A stretch of DNA of 64,000 nucleotides from Candidatus Versatilivorator sp. (GTDB taxonomy: Bacteria; Acidobacteriota; Terriglobia; Versatilivoradales; Versatilivoraceae): contig OZ242296.1 of assembly GCA_965207735.1 (NCBI GenBank), forward strand, positions 2,464,001 through 2,528,000, read 5' to 3'. Of this stretch, positions 29,047-38,983 are shown one piece after another (position 1 is the stretch's first letter; each line of letters opens with the position of its first letter). The notes under the pieces are model-generated. The model ran no database searches and was not told the DNA's origin. It saw nothing but the letters and a program-made list of their open reading frames with translations. The position numbers were made by a program, and so were the translations under genes.

Positions 29047-29979
29047 TTGCCAAGCGGCGATTTTTGAATCATCCATTGACATCTCTCTCGCTCGCCTTCC
29101 ACAGAGGGGAGAGAGAGTGTGTGCCAGTCTCCAAGCGCGGGAGAACAGCCGGACCATCGCCCTCTTCGACACGCTGAAAGCCTTCAGCAAGCGTGAAGCT
29201 GGGGGCATGGAGACCCCATGCCCAAGACCAGGGAAACCATGATTGCCCACCTGCAGGGACGAGAAAAACTGCTGGAGTATATTGGCTTCCACCGGCAACA
29301 GGCCGAATGGATCACCCTCGTCTGCCTGCACTCGGGTCTGTTCACCCGAGACCAGCTCGCCTTCTACCTGCAGGGGGCCAACCGCTTCTACGTCCGGCGA
29401 TGCGTCAAGGCCCTGCTCGATTGCCGGGTCTCGTCCCGCCCGTTCGCCGACGAACAAGTCATAGACGGCCGGCTCATCTGTCGCATCTTCGGCAAGCAGA
29501 TCTACGAAGTGCTGGAGACCCCTCACGTCCGTCACCGCCGGGAGGCCTCGCTTGAAGTAATCGGGAGGCGACTATTGTCTCTTGACTTCGTGCTGGATCA
29601 TCTGGATTTGCCCTGGTTGACGACCGAGCAGGAGAAGGTCTCCTGCTTCGAGCAGCTCGGGATCGAGCGAGACCTGCTGCCCCTCAGGATCTACTCCGGC
29701 CATGCCAAGGGGCTGATCCACTATTTCCCCCTCAAGACGCCGGTTGCCGTGGGGCCGGAGGCGGCCGTATTTGTCTACGTCGACCCCGGCATGGGAACCC
29801 GTAGTGAGCTGGACTCCTGGGGAGAGGCCCACCGGCGACTTTGGGAGAAGCTCCGCAGGTCGGGCCGGCGCGTCGAGGTGGTTGCGGTCGCCTGGGAGCA
29901 GGTCCTGCTGGACCGTGCCGGTCGGAGACTCCGATCCTGGGTAGCCGAAAAGATGAGCGAGGACGAAAAAGAAGCCCTA

Positions 29980-31679
29980 GCCCGCATTTCTCACCAGAGG
30001 TAGGAAGCATCGGTTCTCGGAATCTGGTAAAATACTCTTGTCTAAGGAGTTAACCAGATTCTTAAAGGAGAACCGATGCCGACACAGTGTAACACCAAAC
30101 CCCTGGAGTTTGAACCCCACGGCCGCCGCCGCGTGGTGGCTGATTTCGACGGCGGTCCCATCACTTCCGATGCCGGCTCCCTGCTGTTGCGCCGGGTGGA
30201 TCGGGGCTTATCTCTCTCCGACCAGGTGGCCGACTGTTTCACCGATCACCGCGACCCCAAGCGGACCCAATACAGCCTGCGCACCCTCATCGCTCAGCGC
30301 ATCCGTGGCATCGCCCTCGGCTACGAGGATCTCATCGACCACGACCAACTCCGTCACGATCCCCTCATGGCCTTGTTTTCAGAGAAAGGCCGTCGTGGCG
30401 ACTCGCCTCCCCTGGCAGGCAAGAGCACCCTCAACCGACTCGAACACGCCCCCACCCAAGGCCCCACCCGCTACCACAAGATTGACCACGACCCCGAGGC
30501 CTTGCAAGCCCTCCTGGTGAAACTGTTTCTGCAAGCCCATCCCCAACCCCCCGATGAGATCATCCTCGACCTCGACGCCACTGACGATCCCCTCCACGGG
30601 GAACAAGAGGACCGCTTCTTCCACGGCTACTACCGAGGCTACTGCTACCTGCCCCTCTACATCTTCTCGGGCCGCCATCTGCTCTCGGCCCTGCTCAGAC
30701 CCGCCAACATCGATGCCTCCGCCGGCGCTCTGGAGCAGGTCCAGCGCATCGTCTCCCGCCTACGGCGTGTCTGGCCTCAGGTCAAGATCCTGCTGCGGGC
30801 CGACTCCGGCTTTGCCCGTGAGGAGCTGATGGGGTGGTGTGAGCAGCATCAGGTCGACTATCTCTTCGGCCTGGCCCGCAACTCCCGCCTCCAAGACGCC
30901 ATCGCCCCCGAGTTGGCTCAGGCCCAGGCCCTCTCAGACCAGCAACAGCAGCCCGCCCGGATCTTCACCGACCTCTCCTACCGCACTCACAAGAGCTGGT
31001 CCCACGAGCGCCGCCTGGTCGCCAAAGCCGAGGTCCTGCCCCGCGGCCCCAACCCCCGCTTCGTCGTCACCTCTCTGTCGGTCCAGGACTACCCCGCCCA
31101 GTTCCTCTATGAGAAGATCTACTGTGCCCGCGGTGAGATGGAAAACCGCATCAAGGAGCAGCAACTCGACCTGTTTGCCGATCGCACCTCCACCCACTCC
31201 TTCCGGGCGAATCAGCTCCGGCTCCTGATGACCTCTTTCGCCTATGTGCTGGTGGAGGGCTTGCGCCGGCGGGCGCTGCAATCCACCTGCCTGGCCCGGG
31301 CCACCGTCGGTTCCATCAGACTCAAACTGCTCAAGATCGGCGCTCAGGTCACCATCTCGGTCCGTCGCATCAAGGTCGCCATGGCTTCCGGATGTCCTTA
31401 CCAGAGGGAGTTCCGCATCGCTTGGGCTCACCTGCCGCCCTGAGGTGCCCTGACCCGACCGTCACTCCTGGCCCTTGAAGACGCGGCCACCAGGCCCGAT
31501 GGCAGAGGTGTCGCTGTTTTCGAGGGAAAATGCCGCCTGAGGTTCCTCGGAGAGCCTCAGAAGCCTCCGCTGTTGGCCTTTGCCTACCGATCCAGCCACC
31601 AACGTTGTTAAACTCGGCCTCAAATGCCTCCATGGCCCCTTTTACCGCTCCTGTGCGAACTCTGGTGAGAAATGCGGGC
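29980..31679 (+). mobile_element. IS1380-family insertion sequence
   Basis: 20-bp IR GCCCGCATTTCTCACCAGAG / CTCTGGTGAGAAATGCGGGC; flanked by TA on both sides. Confidence 0.95.
30076..31443 (+). CDS. IS1380 family transposase
   Basis: FDGGPITSDAG, LDLDATDD..HGEQE, LRADSGF and YCARGEMENRIKEQ. Confidence 0.95.
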   Translation: MPTQCNTKPLEFEPHGRRRVVADFDGGPITSDAGSLLLRRVDRGLSLSDQVADCFTDHRDPKRTQYSLRTLIAQRIRGIALGYEDLIDHDQLRHDPLMALFSEKGRRGDSPPLAGKSTLNRLEHAPTQGPTRYHKIDHDPEALQALLVKLFLQAHPQPPDEIILDLDATDDPLHGEQEDRFFHGYYRGYCYLPLYIFSGRHLLSALLRPANIDASAGALEQVQRIVSRLRRVWPQVKILLRADSGFAREELMGWCEQHQVDYLFGLARNSRLQDAIAPELAQAQALSDQQQQPARIFTDLSYRTHKSWSHERRLVAKAEVLPRGPNPRFVVTSLSVQDYPAQFLYEKIYCARGEMENRIKEQQLDLFADRTSTHSFRANQLRLLMTSFAYVLVEGLRRRALQSTCLARATVGSIRLKLLKIGAQVTISVRRIKVAMASGCPYQREFRIAWAHLPP

Positions 31680-32539
31680 TAATGCTTCGCCAAGCCATCG
31701 CTGAGACCGATTTTGACACCGTCGAACGCCATGGCGGCTTCAATGCTGTCGTAGAGAAAGTCCTCCGATGGGAGCGGGAAAACCCGGCGCCCAAGGGCCG
31801 CGAAACGATCGACGATTTCCGCCTCTGGGGGTCACGCAGATGCCGTCGTATGGGTGGCCACCTTACAAAGGGGGGGTGGCGCAAGTAGGTGGTGCACGAT
31901 TGTGGCAATTACAAATCTGCACTATCAGAGGGCAAAGCCCTCGCTGTTGTGGTCCAGGCTGTGTCCGGGAATCCGCATTGGAAGCGGGTTGGCACGGATT
32001 CCCCAAATCGTCTGGGGTAAAGCGCAGTGCGGCGCCGCGCCAGGGTGTCCCCGCCTCGCACGGCGCGTCGTGGCGCCGCACGGGAGGGGGAGGAAGTGGA
32101 GGGAGCGACCCCCTGTTTTTTGCCGCTGGTGCGGCACCGGGCAGGGGTAGGTGGTGCGCCCCAATGGTCACACCATCTCCCCTCCCCGGCGGGGGTCACT
32201 CCCTCCACAGTGATCCCTGCGGAATTCATCTGTCATTTACGTAACACGTTGTATAAAACGGAGTTATTGATTTTCAGACGGTGTCCTGCCCCCCATTATG
32301 CCCCCCAGAAAAAAACAGATTTCCCTGGCTCTTGGTGGCCGTACCGGGACGATTCGACCACCGGGCTGCGACCACGGAACCGCTGAGCGAGCCGACCATT
32401 CCGGTTTCCCCACAGGCGGCGGGACCTGCGGTCCCTGAGAGGGAAATTGGTCCAGGAGGCGTTTCGGGGTGCTCTGCTATGCCAGGGAGTGAGAAAGTCC
32501 AGCCTGCCCGGCAAAGCTCGCGGATTCAGGGTGCAGGAG

Positions 32540-33060
32540 GACACCGTCGAACGCCATGGCGGCCTCGGTGTCGTCATGGAGAAGATCGACCATTGGGAGC
32601 AGGAAAGCCCGGCTTCCAACGGCCGCGACATGATCGACGATTTCCGCCTCCGGGGGTCAAGGACGTGCCGTGGTATGGACGCGCCACTGAGAAACAAGGG
32701 GTGGCGCACGGAGGTGGCGCGCGTGGTGGCGCGTCCCCTCAACAACCCCAACGCTCCACTCTCAGAGGGCGAAGCCCTCGCCGTCGTGGTCCAGGCTGAT
32801 CCCGGAAACCCGCATTGGACGCGGGCTGGCACGGATTGCCCAAATCCTGTGGGGTAAAGCCCCGTGGGGCGTCGGCATCGCGTGTCCACCCCCTCGCACG
32901 CCGCGTCGTGGCGCCGCACAGGAGGGGGAGGAAGTGGAGGGAGCGACCCCCCTCTTTTTGCCGCTGGTGCGGCACCGGGGAGTGTTTACCGGCGCGTACA
33001 GTGGCGCGCGGTCAACCCTCCCCTTTGGGGGTCGCTCCCTCCACAGTGATCCCTGGCGGG
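32540..33060 (+). repeat. Diverged copy of 31715-32222 (3' end of the hypothetical gene plus conserved non-coding region)
   Basis: DTVERHGG...IDDFRL is present in both copies, followed by shared non-coding blocks. Confidence 0.85.
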
Positions 33061-33083
33061 AAGGCCATCGAGCGCTGCCGAGG

Positions 33084-33395
33084 TCAGGGCCGATCAACCG
33101 ATCGGTCCGGCCCTCGACTCCCGGCGGCCAGGTAGCCGGCCCAGTCATCCATAAGCCGGCGCCGACGCTCGAACAGGTCCGGGCGCCGGTAGGCCGCCTC
33201 GATCTGGCTGCGGACCTTGTGCGTCAGGGCAGCCTCCGCCACCTCGCGAGGATGATCGGTCTCTTCGGCCGCCCAGTCCCGGAAGCTCGACAGGAAGCCG
33301 TGCGGCACGGCCGCGGCGTTCAACTTCCGGAGCAGTTCCGACAGCGTCGTGTTCGCGATCGGCTTCCCCCCAACGCCGGGAAACACCAAGGGAGC
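33084..33395 (-). pseudogene. Duplicated C-terminal integrase fragment
   Basis: Near-identical to the C-terminus of the adjacent integrase; HGFR has become HGFL. Confidence 0.85.
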
Positions 33396-34774
33396 GGCGG
33401 GGGTGATGGAGGGGCCAGGGGAGCGCTCTCCCCGGTCGGGGGTTCGAAGGGGCCGGAGCCCCTCGCCAGCCCCAATGTATTACATTGGGTAGGCTGGCTC
33501 CCCGGCAGGCGCCGGCCCCGCTGTCCCCGCCCCGCACGGCCATCGAGCGCTGCTTCGGCCTGCGGCCCTCGGCTCGGGCCGGCCAGGTAGCCGGCCCAGT
33601 CATCCATGAGCCTGCGGCGACGCTCGAACAGGTCCGAGCGCCGGTAGGCCGCCTCGATCTGGCTGCGGACCTTGTGCGCCAGGGCAGCCTCCGCCACCTC
33701 GCGAGGATGATCCGTTTCTTCGGCCGCCCAGTCCCGAAAGCTCGACCGGAAGCCGTGCGGCACCGCCGCGATCTTCAACTCCCTGAGCAGTTCCGACAGC
33801 GTCGTGATCGCGAACGGCTTGCCCCTAACGCTCGGAAACACCAGCGGACTGCTGCGAGAGAGCGCCCGCGCCTCCTCCAGGATCTCCAGGGCGCGCCGGC
33901 ACAGCGGGACCCGGTGCTTGCGATTCCCCTTCGTGCGCGGGGCCGGGATGCTCCACACGCCCTGGTCGCAGTCCATCTCGGTCCAGACCGCCCCGCTAAC
34001 CTCGCCGGAGCGTGCCGCCGTGAGCACCAGGAACTCGAAGGCCAGCTTCACCGCCGGCCTCGCCCTCGACGCCCGCACCGTCTCGATCGCCGACGCCACC
34101 TCGGGATGCGGCAAGGCCCGCCTGTGGCGCACGCCGTTGCCCTGTGCGCCCAGCACCGGGCCGATCCGGTCGCAGGGGTTGTCGGGCCGCAGGTCCATCG
34201 CCACCGCCCATTCCATGACCGCCCGGATGCGCTGGCGCAGCTTCCGGGCCGTGGGCGCCGTCTCGTGCCAGATCGGAGACAGAATCCCCACCACATCGGC
34301 ACTGGACACCTCGGAAACCGGCATTCCGCCGATGCGAGGCAGGGCGTAGCGCTCCAGGCTGCTGAGCCAGAGCTGGGCATGCTGAGGGGAGCGCCAGCCC
34401 GGCCGCAGCTGATTGTAGACCTGGTAGGTCGCCTCGGCAAAGGTGGGTGTCGACTCGGACCGCCGCTTCTCCGAGAGGGGATCGCCGCCCTCCCGGGCCA
34501 GCTTCCGGTTGGCGAAGGCCTTCTCCCGGGCTTCCTTCAGCGAGACCAGGGGGAATCCGCCCAGCCCGAGCTCGGCGCGGCGGCCACGGATGGTGAGGCG
34601 CTGGATCCAGCCCCGGCTGCCGGAGGGACGCACGTCGAGATAGAGCCCCTGGCCGTCACAATAGCGTCCGGACTGGCTCACGCTGCGGACAAAGAGGGGC
34701 GTGAGGGCGTTGTCGGGATGCTGGCTGCGGGGCTTGCGGTGCGGAGGGCGTTTGGGAAGCATCATACCCCCCAT
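33320..34774 (-). CDS. P4-type tyrosine integrase (second copy; reads through into a non-conserved tail)
   Basis: GRYCDGQGLYL, TAARSGE, HGFRSSFRDW, LAH and AAY; paralogue of 27820-29046. Confidence 0.9.
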   Translation of the reverse strand: MGGMMLPKRPPHRKPRSQHPDNALTPLFVRSVSQSGRYCDGQGLYLDVRPSGSRGWIQRLTIRGRRAELGLGGFPLVSLKEAREKAFANRKLAREGGDPLSEKRRSESTPTFAEATYQVYNQLRPGWRSPQHAQLWLSSLERYALPRIGGMPVSEVSSADVVGILSPIWHETAPTARKLRQRIRAVMEWAVAMDLRPDNPCDRIGPVLGAQGNGVRHRRALPHPEVASAIETVRASRARPAVKLAFEFLVLTAARSGEVSGAVWTEMDCDQGVWSIPAPRTKGNRKHRVPLCRRALEILEEARALSRSSPLVFPSVRGKPFAITTLSELLRELKIAAVPHGFRSSFRDWAAEETDHPREVAEAALAHKVRSQIEAAYRRSDLFERRRRLMDDWAGYLAGPSRGPQAEAALDGRAGRGQRGRRLPGSQPTQCNTLGLARGSGPFEPPTGESAPLAPPSPPPLPWCFPALGGSRSRTRRCRNCSGS

Positions 34775-35033
34775 TATACTCCCCTAAATAGGTGGGATGC
34801 AAGGGTATGGTGCGGGACGCTATGGGAATGGATGGATGCTCAAGTATGCTCATAACAGACTGTATCTAAGTCGATTATGTACACTATGGGACCTAGTTGG
34901 AAGATCAGTCCATTCTGAAGAGGCATTCCCTGCGGGAAGGCATCCGAGCGTCCTTTCGCGCTCACGGAGGATGAGTGGCTCTCCCGTGTAGCCTTGTGAC
35001 CTGCTTGTCACTCTATGTGTTATTGTGTGTCTT

Positions 35034-35440
35034 ATGTTGCACCGTGTTCCACTTCATATCCGTGTCTCTCCCGAAACCCGTCAACGCCTCCAGCTCATCC
35101 GCACCCGCCGGCACCTCAACGCCGGCTCCTGGCTGCGCGCCCTCATCGATGAGGCCCTCGACCGCGAGTTTGGTCCCGCTCCCACGGACGCGAATGAGCT
35201 GGTCGCGTCGCTCAAGGCCGCGTCCCCGGAACCCATCCCTGGATGGACCCCGGCCAGGCTGAAGGGTGGTATCTGGGGAGCTTGCTTCCAAGGGGACACC
35301 CGCACCCTCCCTCCCGACCGACCTCGACGGCCTCACCATCGCCGTCGCGACTCGCTCTGGAGACTCCTGAAACGCAACCGCCACCGAGGTCCTCGAGCGT
35401 TCCTCGAATCTCGTCCTGGTCCATGCCCCAAGACTCCATC
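35034..35440 (+). pseudogene. Small ribbon-helix-helix-like protein, frameshifted
   Basis: LHIRVSPETRQRL...WLRALIDEALDR; after a frameshift near 35315 it continues DLDGLTIAVATRSGDS*NATATEVLER. Confidence 0.4.
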
Positions 35441-35601
35441 AATGAGCCTATTCAGCTAAACCGGATTTGGGCCGGGTCCGCACCAGACCCTTGGGCCACA
35501 CTTGCCCTGTGTTGCATCTTCTCGAGCCGTCAGAAATTCACTGACTTGGTGGACCAATAAATGGGCCCCTTGATTTAGAAAACGGAATATCCAAGATTAA
35601 G

Positions 35602-37088
35602 GAGCCTTTTGCAAAATTCGGAATCGGGCATGACATTGGGCTGGCAACAGTGATGTTCCGGCGGTGACTACCCAGCTGCAAAGACCCTTTTGAAGGAAAA
35701 AGCCCGAATCTGATGGCCGGATGGCCAGCGGTCGCCGGACGCAGGCACAGCTTACCCTCTCCCGGCCTTGAGGCGGGCGAACCTGCTGTGCGGTTGGGGG
35801 TGGCAACCCGGTCTTCAGAGCGTCAGGCGCATCAACTGATCCACCGTCAGGGCCAGAATGCCGAACATCAGGTGGCACCTCACCTTGTCGGGGCCGCGAA
35901 CCCTCACCTGCCTCCCGCCAAACTCCTCCTTGAGCCGTCCGTTGACCCGCTCCACCGTCGAGCGTTCCCGGTAGCGCCGCGCCTCGGGAGTCACTTGGCC
36001 GATACAGCGCCGGGCCAGTGCCTCCCGCTTCCGCTCGGCTTTCAAGGTAGCTCTTCGGCGGGGGTTGACGTCAATAATCGGCACATGCCCCAGCTTCTCA
36101 CTGAAGGCCCGGATCTCCGGCGCATCGTAGGCGCTGTCCATCAAGTCGTAGAGACTCTCGACCCGCCTTGCCGTCAGCGTCGCCAGCGGAATGGCTGCCT
36201 GAGAGTCATGCACCGAGGCCGAGGTCAGCAGACAACTGACCGGAATCCCGCCGTCAATGGCGTCGAGGTGTAGCTTGTAGCCGGTCCAGCTCTCCTGATG
36301 CCCCTTGGCGTTGCGCTTGACGCCGATGTCGCAGGCCTTGGGCAACTCCTTCAACATTTCCTCCAGCGTCATCGACCCCTGCCGCTCCAGCCGGCTCAAC
36401 CGCTTGGGCCGTCGCTCGCCCTTCGGCGGCCGGCCCCGCCGGCGTTTCCGCTTGGCCTCCGGCGCAGCCTTGGCCGCTGGCTTTTCCCGTCCCGCAATCG
36501 CCGTCGAGTCCCTCGACACATGCCCCGCCAAGTGGCCCTTCAGCGTCTCCTCCAGCAATGCCTCGTGCAAACGCCCCGGCAGGTCGCTCTCAGCGAATTC
36601 CGCAAAGGCCCGCGAGAAGGTCGACTCGCTCGGTACCTCCCACGCCCTCTCCCAGCCGCACAGCCGCCGCAGCCTCCCCTCACTCCTCAGCCGCTCCACC
36701 AATCCCCGCGTGGTCGCCACCTCCAGCATCGACTTCGCCAGATAGGCTCGCGCCAGCACTGCCCGATCCTCCAGCGGCCGGCCACGCCAGCCCCGACTGT
36801 AAGGCAGCAACTCCTCCACCCGCACCAACTCCAATACCTGCACCAGCCGCTGGTAACGCTCTCCCAGAGGCCCCAAAACTTCCTCCAGCAGGGGAAACAG
36901 CTCTCGTTGAAACCGGAACCAGTGTCGTGATAGGGTTTCCCTAAGGGGCAAGTTCCACCTCCGTTCATCATGTGGTTCAGACACCTTCATGATACAACAG
37001 ACAGTGGTCTTGCCCCTCCTTCCACCTGCCCTCCTTGATCTTTCCCCACGTGAAAATTCCCGCTATCTGCGAATTTTGCAAAAGGCTC
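35602..37088 (-). mobile_element. IS5/IS1182-like insertion sequence
   Basis: Perfect 19-bp IR GAGCCTTTTGCAAAATTCG; TAAG duplicated on both sides. Confidence 0.9.
35815..36990 (-). CDS. DDE transposase (DUF772 + DDE_Tnp_1-like)
   Basis: VPSESTFSR, RDSTAI, GYKLHL, HDS, MDSAYD and RSTVERVNGRLK. Confidence 0.9.
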   Translation of the reverse strand: MKVSEPHDERRWNLPLRETLSRHWFRFQRELFPLLEEVLGPLGERYQRLVQVLELVRVEELLPYSRGWRGRPLEDRAVLARAYLAKSMLEVATTRGLVERLRSEGRLRRLCGWERAWEVPSESTFSRAFAEFAESDLPGRLHEALLEETLKGHLAGHVSRDSTAIAGREKPAAKAAPEAKRKRRRGRPPKGERRPKRLSRLERQGSMTLEEMLKELPKACDIGVKRNAKGHQESWTGYKLHLDAIDGGIPVSCLLTSASVHDSQAAIPLATLTARRVESLYDLMDSAYDAPEIRAFSEKLGHVPIIDVNPRRRATLKAERKREALARRCIGQVTPEARRYRERSTVERVNGRLKEEFGGRQVRVRGPDKVRCHLMFGILALTVDQLMRLTL

Positions 37089-37171
37089 TAAGGTCTTAAC
37101 ATATAGAGAGGTGGGGTTTGGACACTTTCCGATATAGTCCCCTAATCAAGGATGTGGGGTTCTCTCGCAGG

Positions 37172-38983
37172 TCATGGAACGTAGTGGGGGAGCTGGAACT
37201 GAGATAGTTTCCCGTCGCAGAATTCAAGGACCAGCGCGGTCGCTTCTCCAGTAATTCTTAACTGTCCCTGGGTTCGTCTGAGATTCGACAGCTTATCTTT
37301 CAATGAGAATGCGGAATGGTAAAGTGACCCAAGGTTGACACTTCCCATTGATTCCAGGTTGTAATCTATAGCCTCGATCGTAACTTCCTCTCCAGTCCCG
37401 GCGATTGCTACTCCTAAATCGCAAGGGTTCCCGTACTCCAGGGTGAAAACCAGTCCTTTAGGTGTCATCTTCTGTAGAGGGATGGTGGAGCGAAATGTCT
37501 CTCCGGAGCGGTGGAATTGCTTGTATGTCGTGTCGACTGCAATGCAGCCGCCCCCATTGTCTACAACATAGCCGTACCCTTGGATAAGTTCTCCCTTGAG
37601 ATTGTGCAGGAGGAAGGAGTGGGTGTCCTTCCCTTCCATGGGGTCATCCCCGTTGTGCATACCGATGTAACGATCATCTGAGTCGTCTGCAAAGTCAAAC
37701 CCCTGCAGGTCCCCGTTGTCATCACGCAGATCGATGTCGTAAGTCACTGGATAGTCGCAGGTGTTCAGGACGTGGATCAGAGTCCCCCAGCCCAGCCCTT
37801 GGGCAATGTGGGGAATGTGCCGTCCAGAGGGGGAAAGTGAGACGGGAGAGAGCGGTGTGGTGGCGGCCACCGTGCCTGACCAGGAAGAGCCTTTAATATG
37901 GTCTTCGGTGTTGTAGGCTCGAATCCGGTAACTGTAGGTTGTTTGGGGGGATGCACTACCGTCGATAAACTCCAAACTAGGTACGAATTGATTGACTAAA
38001 TAGGACCATCTCGCCACAGCCTCTCTTCTATCTATAACGTACCCGTAAGCGTTATCCCCATTGGGATTGGACCATTTTAGTGAGACTCTGTGCGGACCCA
38101 ATGCAGTGGCAGTCAAAGATGGGGCTGTCAGAGTGATCGTCTCATCGTCGCCTCCGCCTCCGCCAGTGCCGGAGACATACCCGTAGATCCAGCTATAGTG
38201 CAGGGAGGTCTGCACGTAAGTTCCGGGGAATCCGACAAGTTCCGGGTCGATACTCCCAAGAGAGGCCACGCCGACTTGTCCCCATTCGCTTCCAGTTCTT
38301 ACTAGCAAAGGACCTCCGCTGTCCCCGCCGCGAATCCCCTCTGCCGCAGTGCCAGCACAGAACGTTCCAATTGCTTGAGTGAAGCCAAAGCGACCAAGCC
38401 GCTCCTGACAGTCTGACCGACTATATAGGGGTATGCTGACCTTTTGGAGAATGCCCGGGAACTCTCCGTCTTCATTTCTCCCCCACCCCACGGCAACAGA
38501 GGTGCTTCCTGAAGGAGCATACAGGGACTCTTGTACATTGGTAAGAACCGTTACGGTTGTATTGGAAAGGGATGCTGAGAGTTGTAGGAGCGCGAGATCG
38601 TTGGTTCCCAGAATGCTTGTAGAGTACCGCGGCTGCACAATGATCCTTTGTACTGTTCGTTTTTCTTCCAAGGCTTGGGAGTTAACCCCGGTATAGACAG
38701 AAACGTCGCTGGCAGCAGCTAATTCTCCAACTTCGTTGTAGACACAGTGGGCGGCCGTCAGCACCCAATCAGCTGCCAGCAAGGATCCCGTGCATCTATA
38801 TCCACGATTGTTTTCCCTGTCGGTCACTTGCCATACCAGGACAACAAAGGGAAACTCGCCGCGAATGACATTTTCCCCACGAGCAATCAGGTGCTCTTCT
38901 CGGTCGCGACTCTTGGATGAACCTGAGAGGGTTAGCAATAAGGTACGCGCAATGACACAAATCAAACGGATGGGTGGATACAT
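37172..38983 (-). CDS. Trypsin-like serine protease with fibronectin type III domain
   Basis: TAAHC, DLALL and GDSGGP triad; FN3 'YSYRIRAYN'; visibly lower GC than the flanks. Confidence 0.9.
   Translation of the reverse strand: MYPPIRLICVIARTLLLTLSGSSKSRDREEHLIARGENVIRGEFPFVVLVWQVTDRENNRGYRCTGSLLAADWVLTAAHCVYNEVGELAAASDVSVYTGVNSQALEEKRTVQRIIVQPRYSTSILGTNDLALLQLSASLSNTTVTVLTNVQESLYAPSGSTSVAVGWGRNEDGEFPGILQKVSIPLYSRSDCQERLGRFGFTQAIGTFCAGTAAEGIRGGDSGGPLLVRTGSEWGQVGVASLGSIDPELVGFPGTYVQTSLHYSWIYGYVSGTGGGGGDDETITLTAPSLTATALGPHRVSLKWSNPNGDNAYGYVIDRREAVARWSYLVNQFVPSLEFIDGSASPQTTYSYRIRAYNTEDHIKGSSWSGTVAATTPLSPVSLSPSGRHIPHIAQGLGWGTLIHVLNTCDYPVTYDIDLRDDNGDLQGFDFADDSDDRYIGMHNGDDPMEGKDTHSFLLHNLKGELIQGYGYVVDNGGGCIAVDTTYKQFHRSGETFRSTIPLQKMTPKGLVFTLEYGNPCDLGVAIAGTGEEVTIEAIDYNLESMGSVNLGSLYHSAFSLKDKLSNLRRTQGQLRITGEATALVLEFCDGKLSQFQLPHYVP

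Larger units (their letters stand above)
29218..31888 (+). pseudogene. Conserved hypothetical protein of the integrative element (possibly replication-relaxation-like), interrupted by IS1380
   Basis: Removing 29980-31681 restores an open frame (...KEAL|MLRQAIAE...) ending at 31888. Function is inferred only. Confidence 0.75.
32214..34935 (-). mobile_element. Integrative element 2 (2.7 kb) nested in element 1, bounded by TCCCTGCGG direct repeats
   Basis: TCCCTGCGG at 32214-32222 and 34927-34935; arm-like CCCCCATTAT motifs at 32289-32306 and 34764-34784; the reconstructed empty site matches the paralogous sequence at 33043-33075. Confidence 0.75.
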
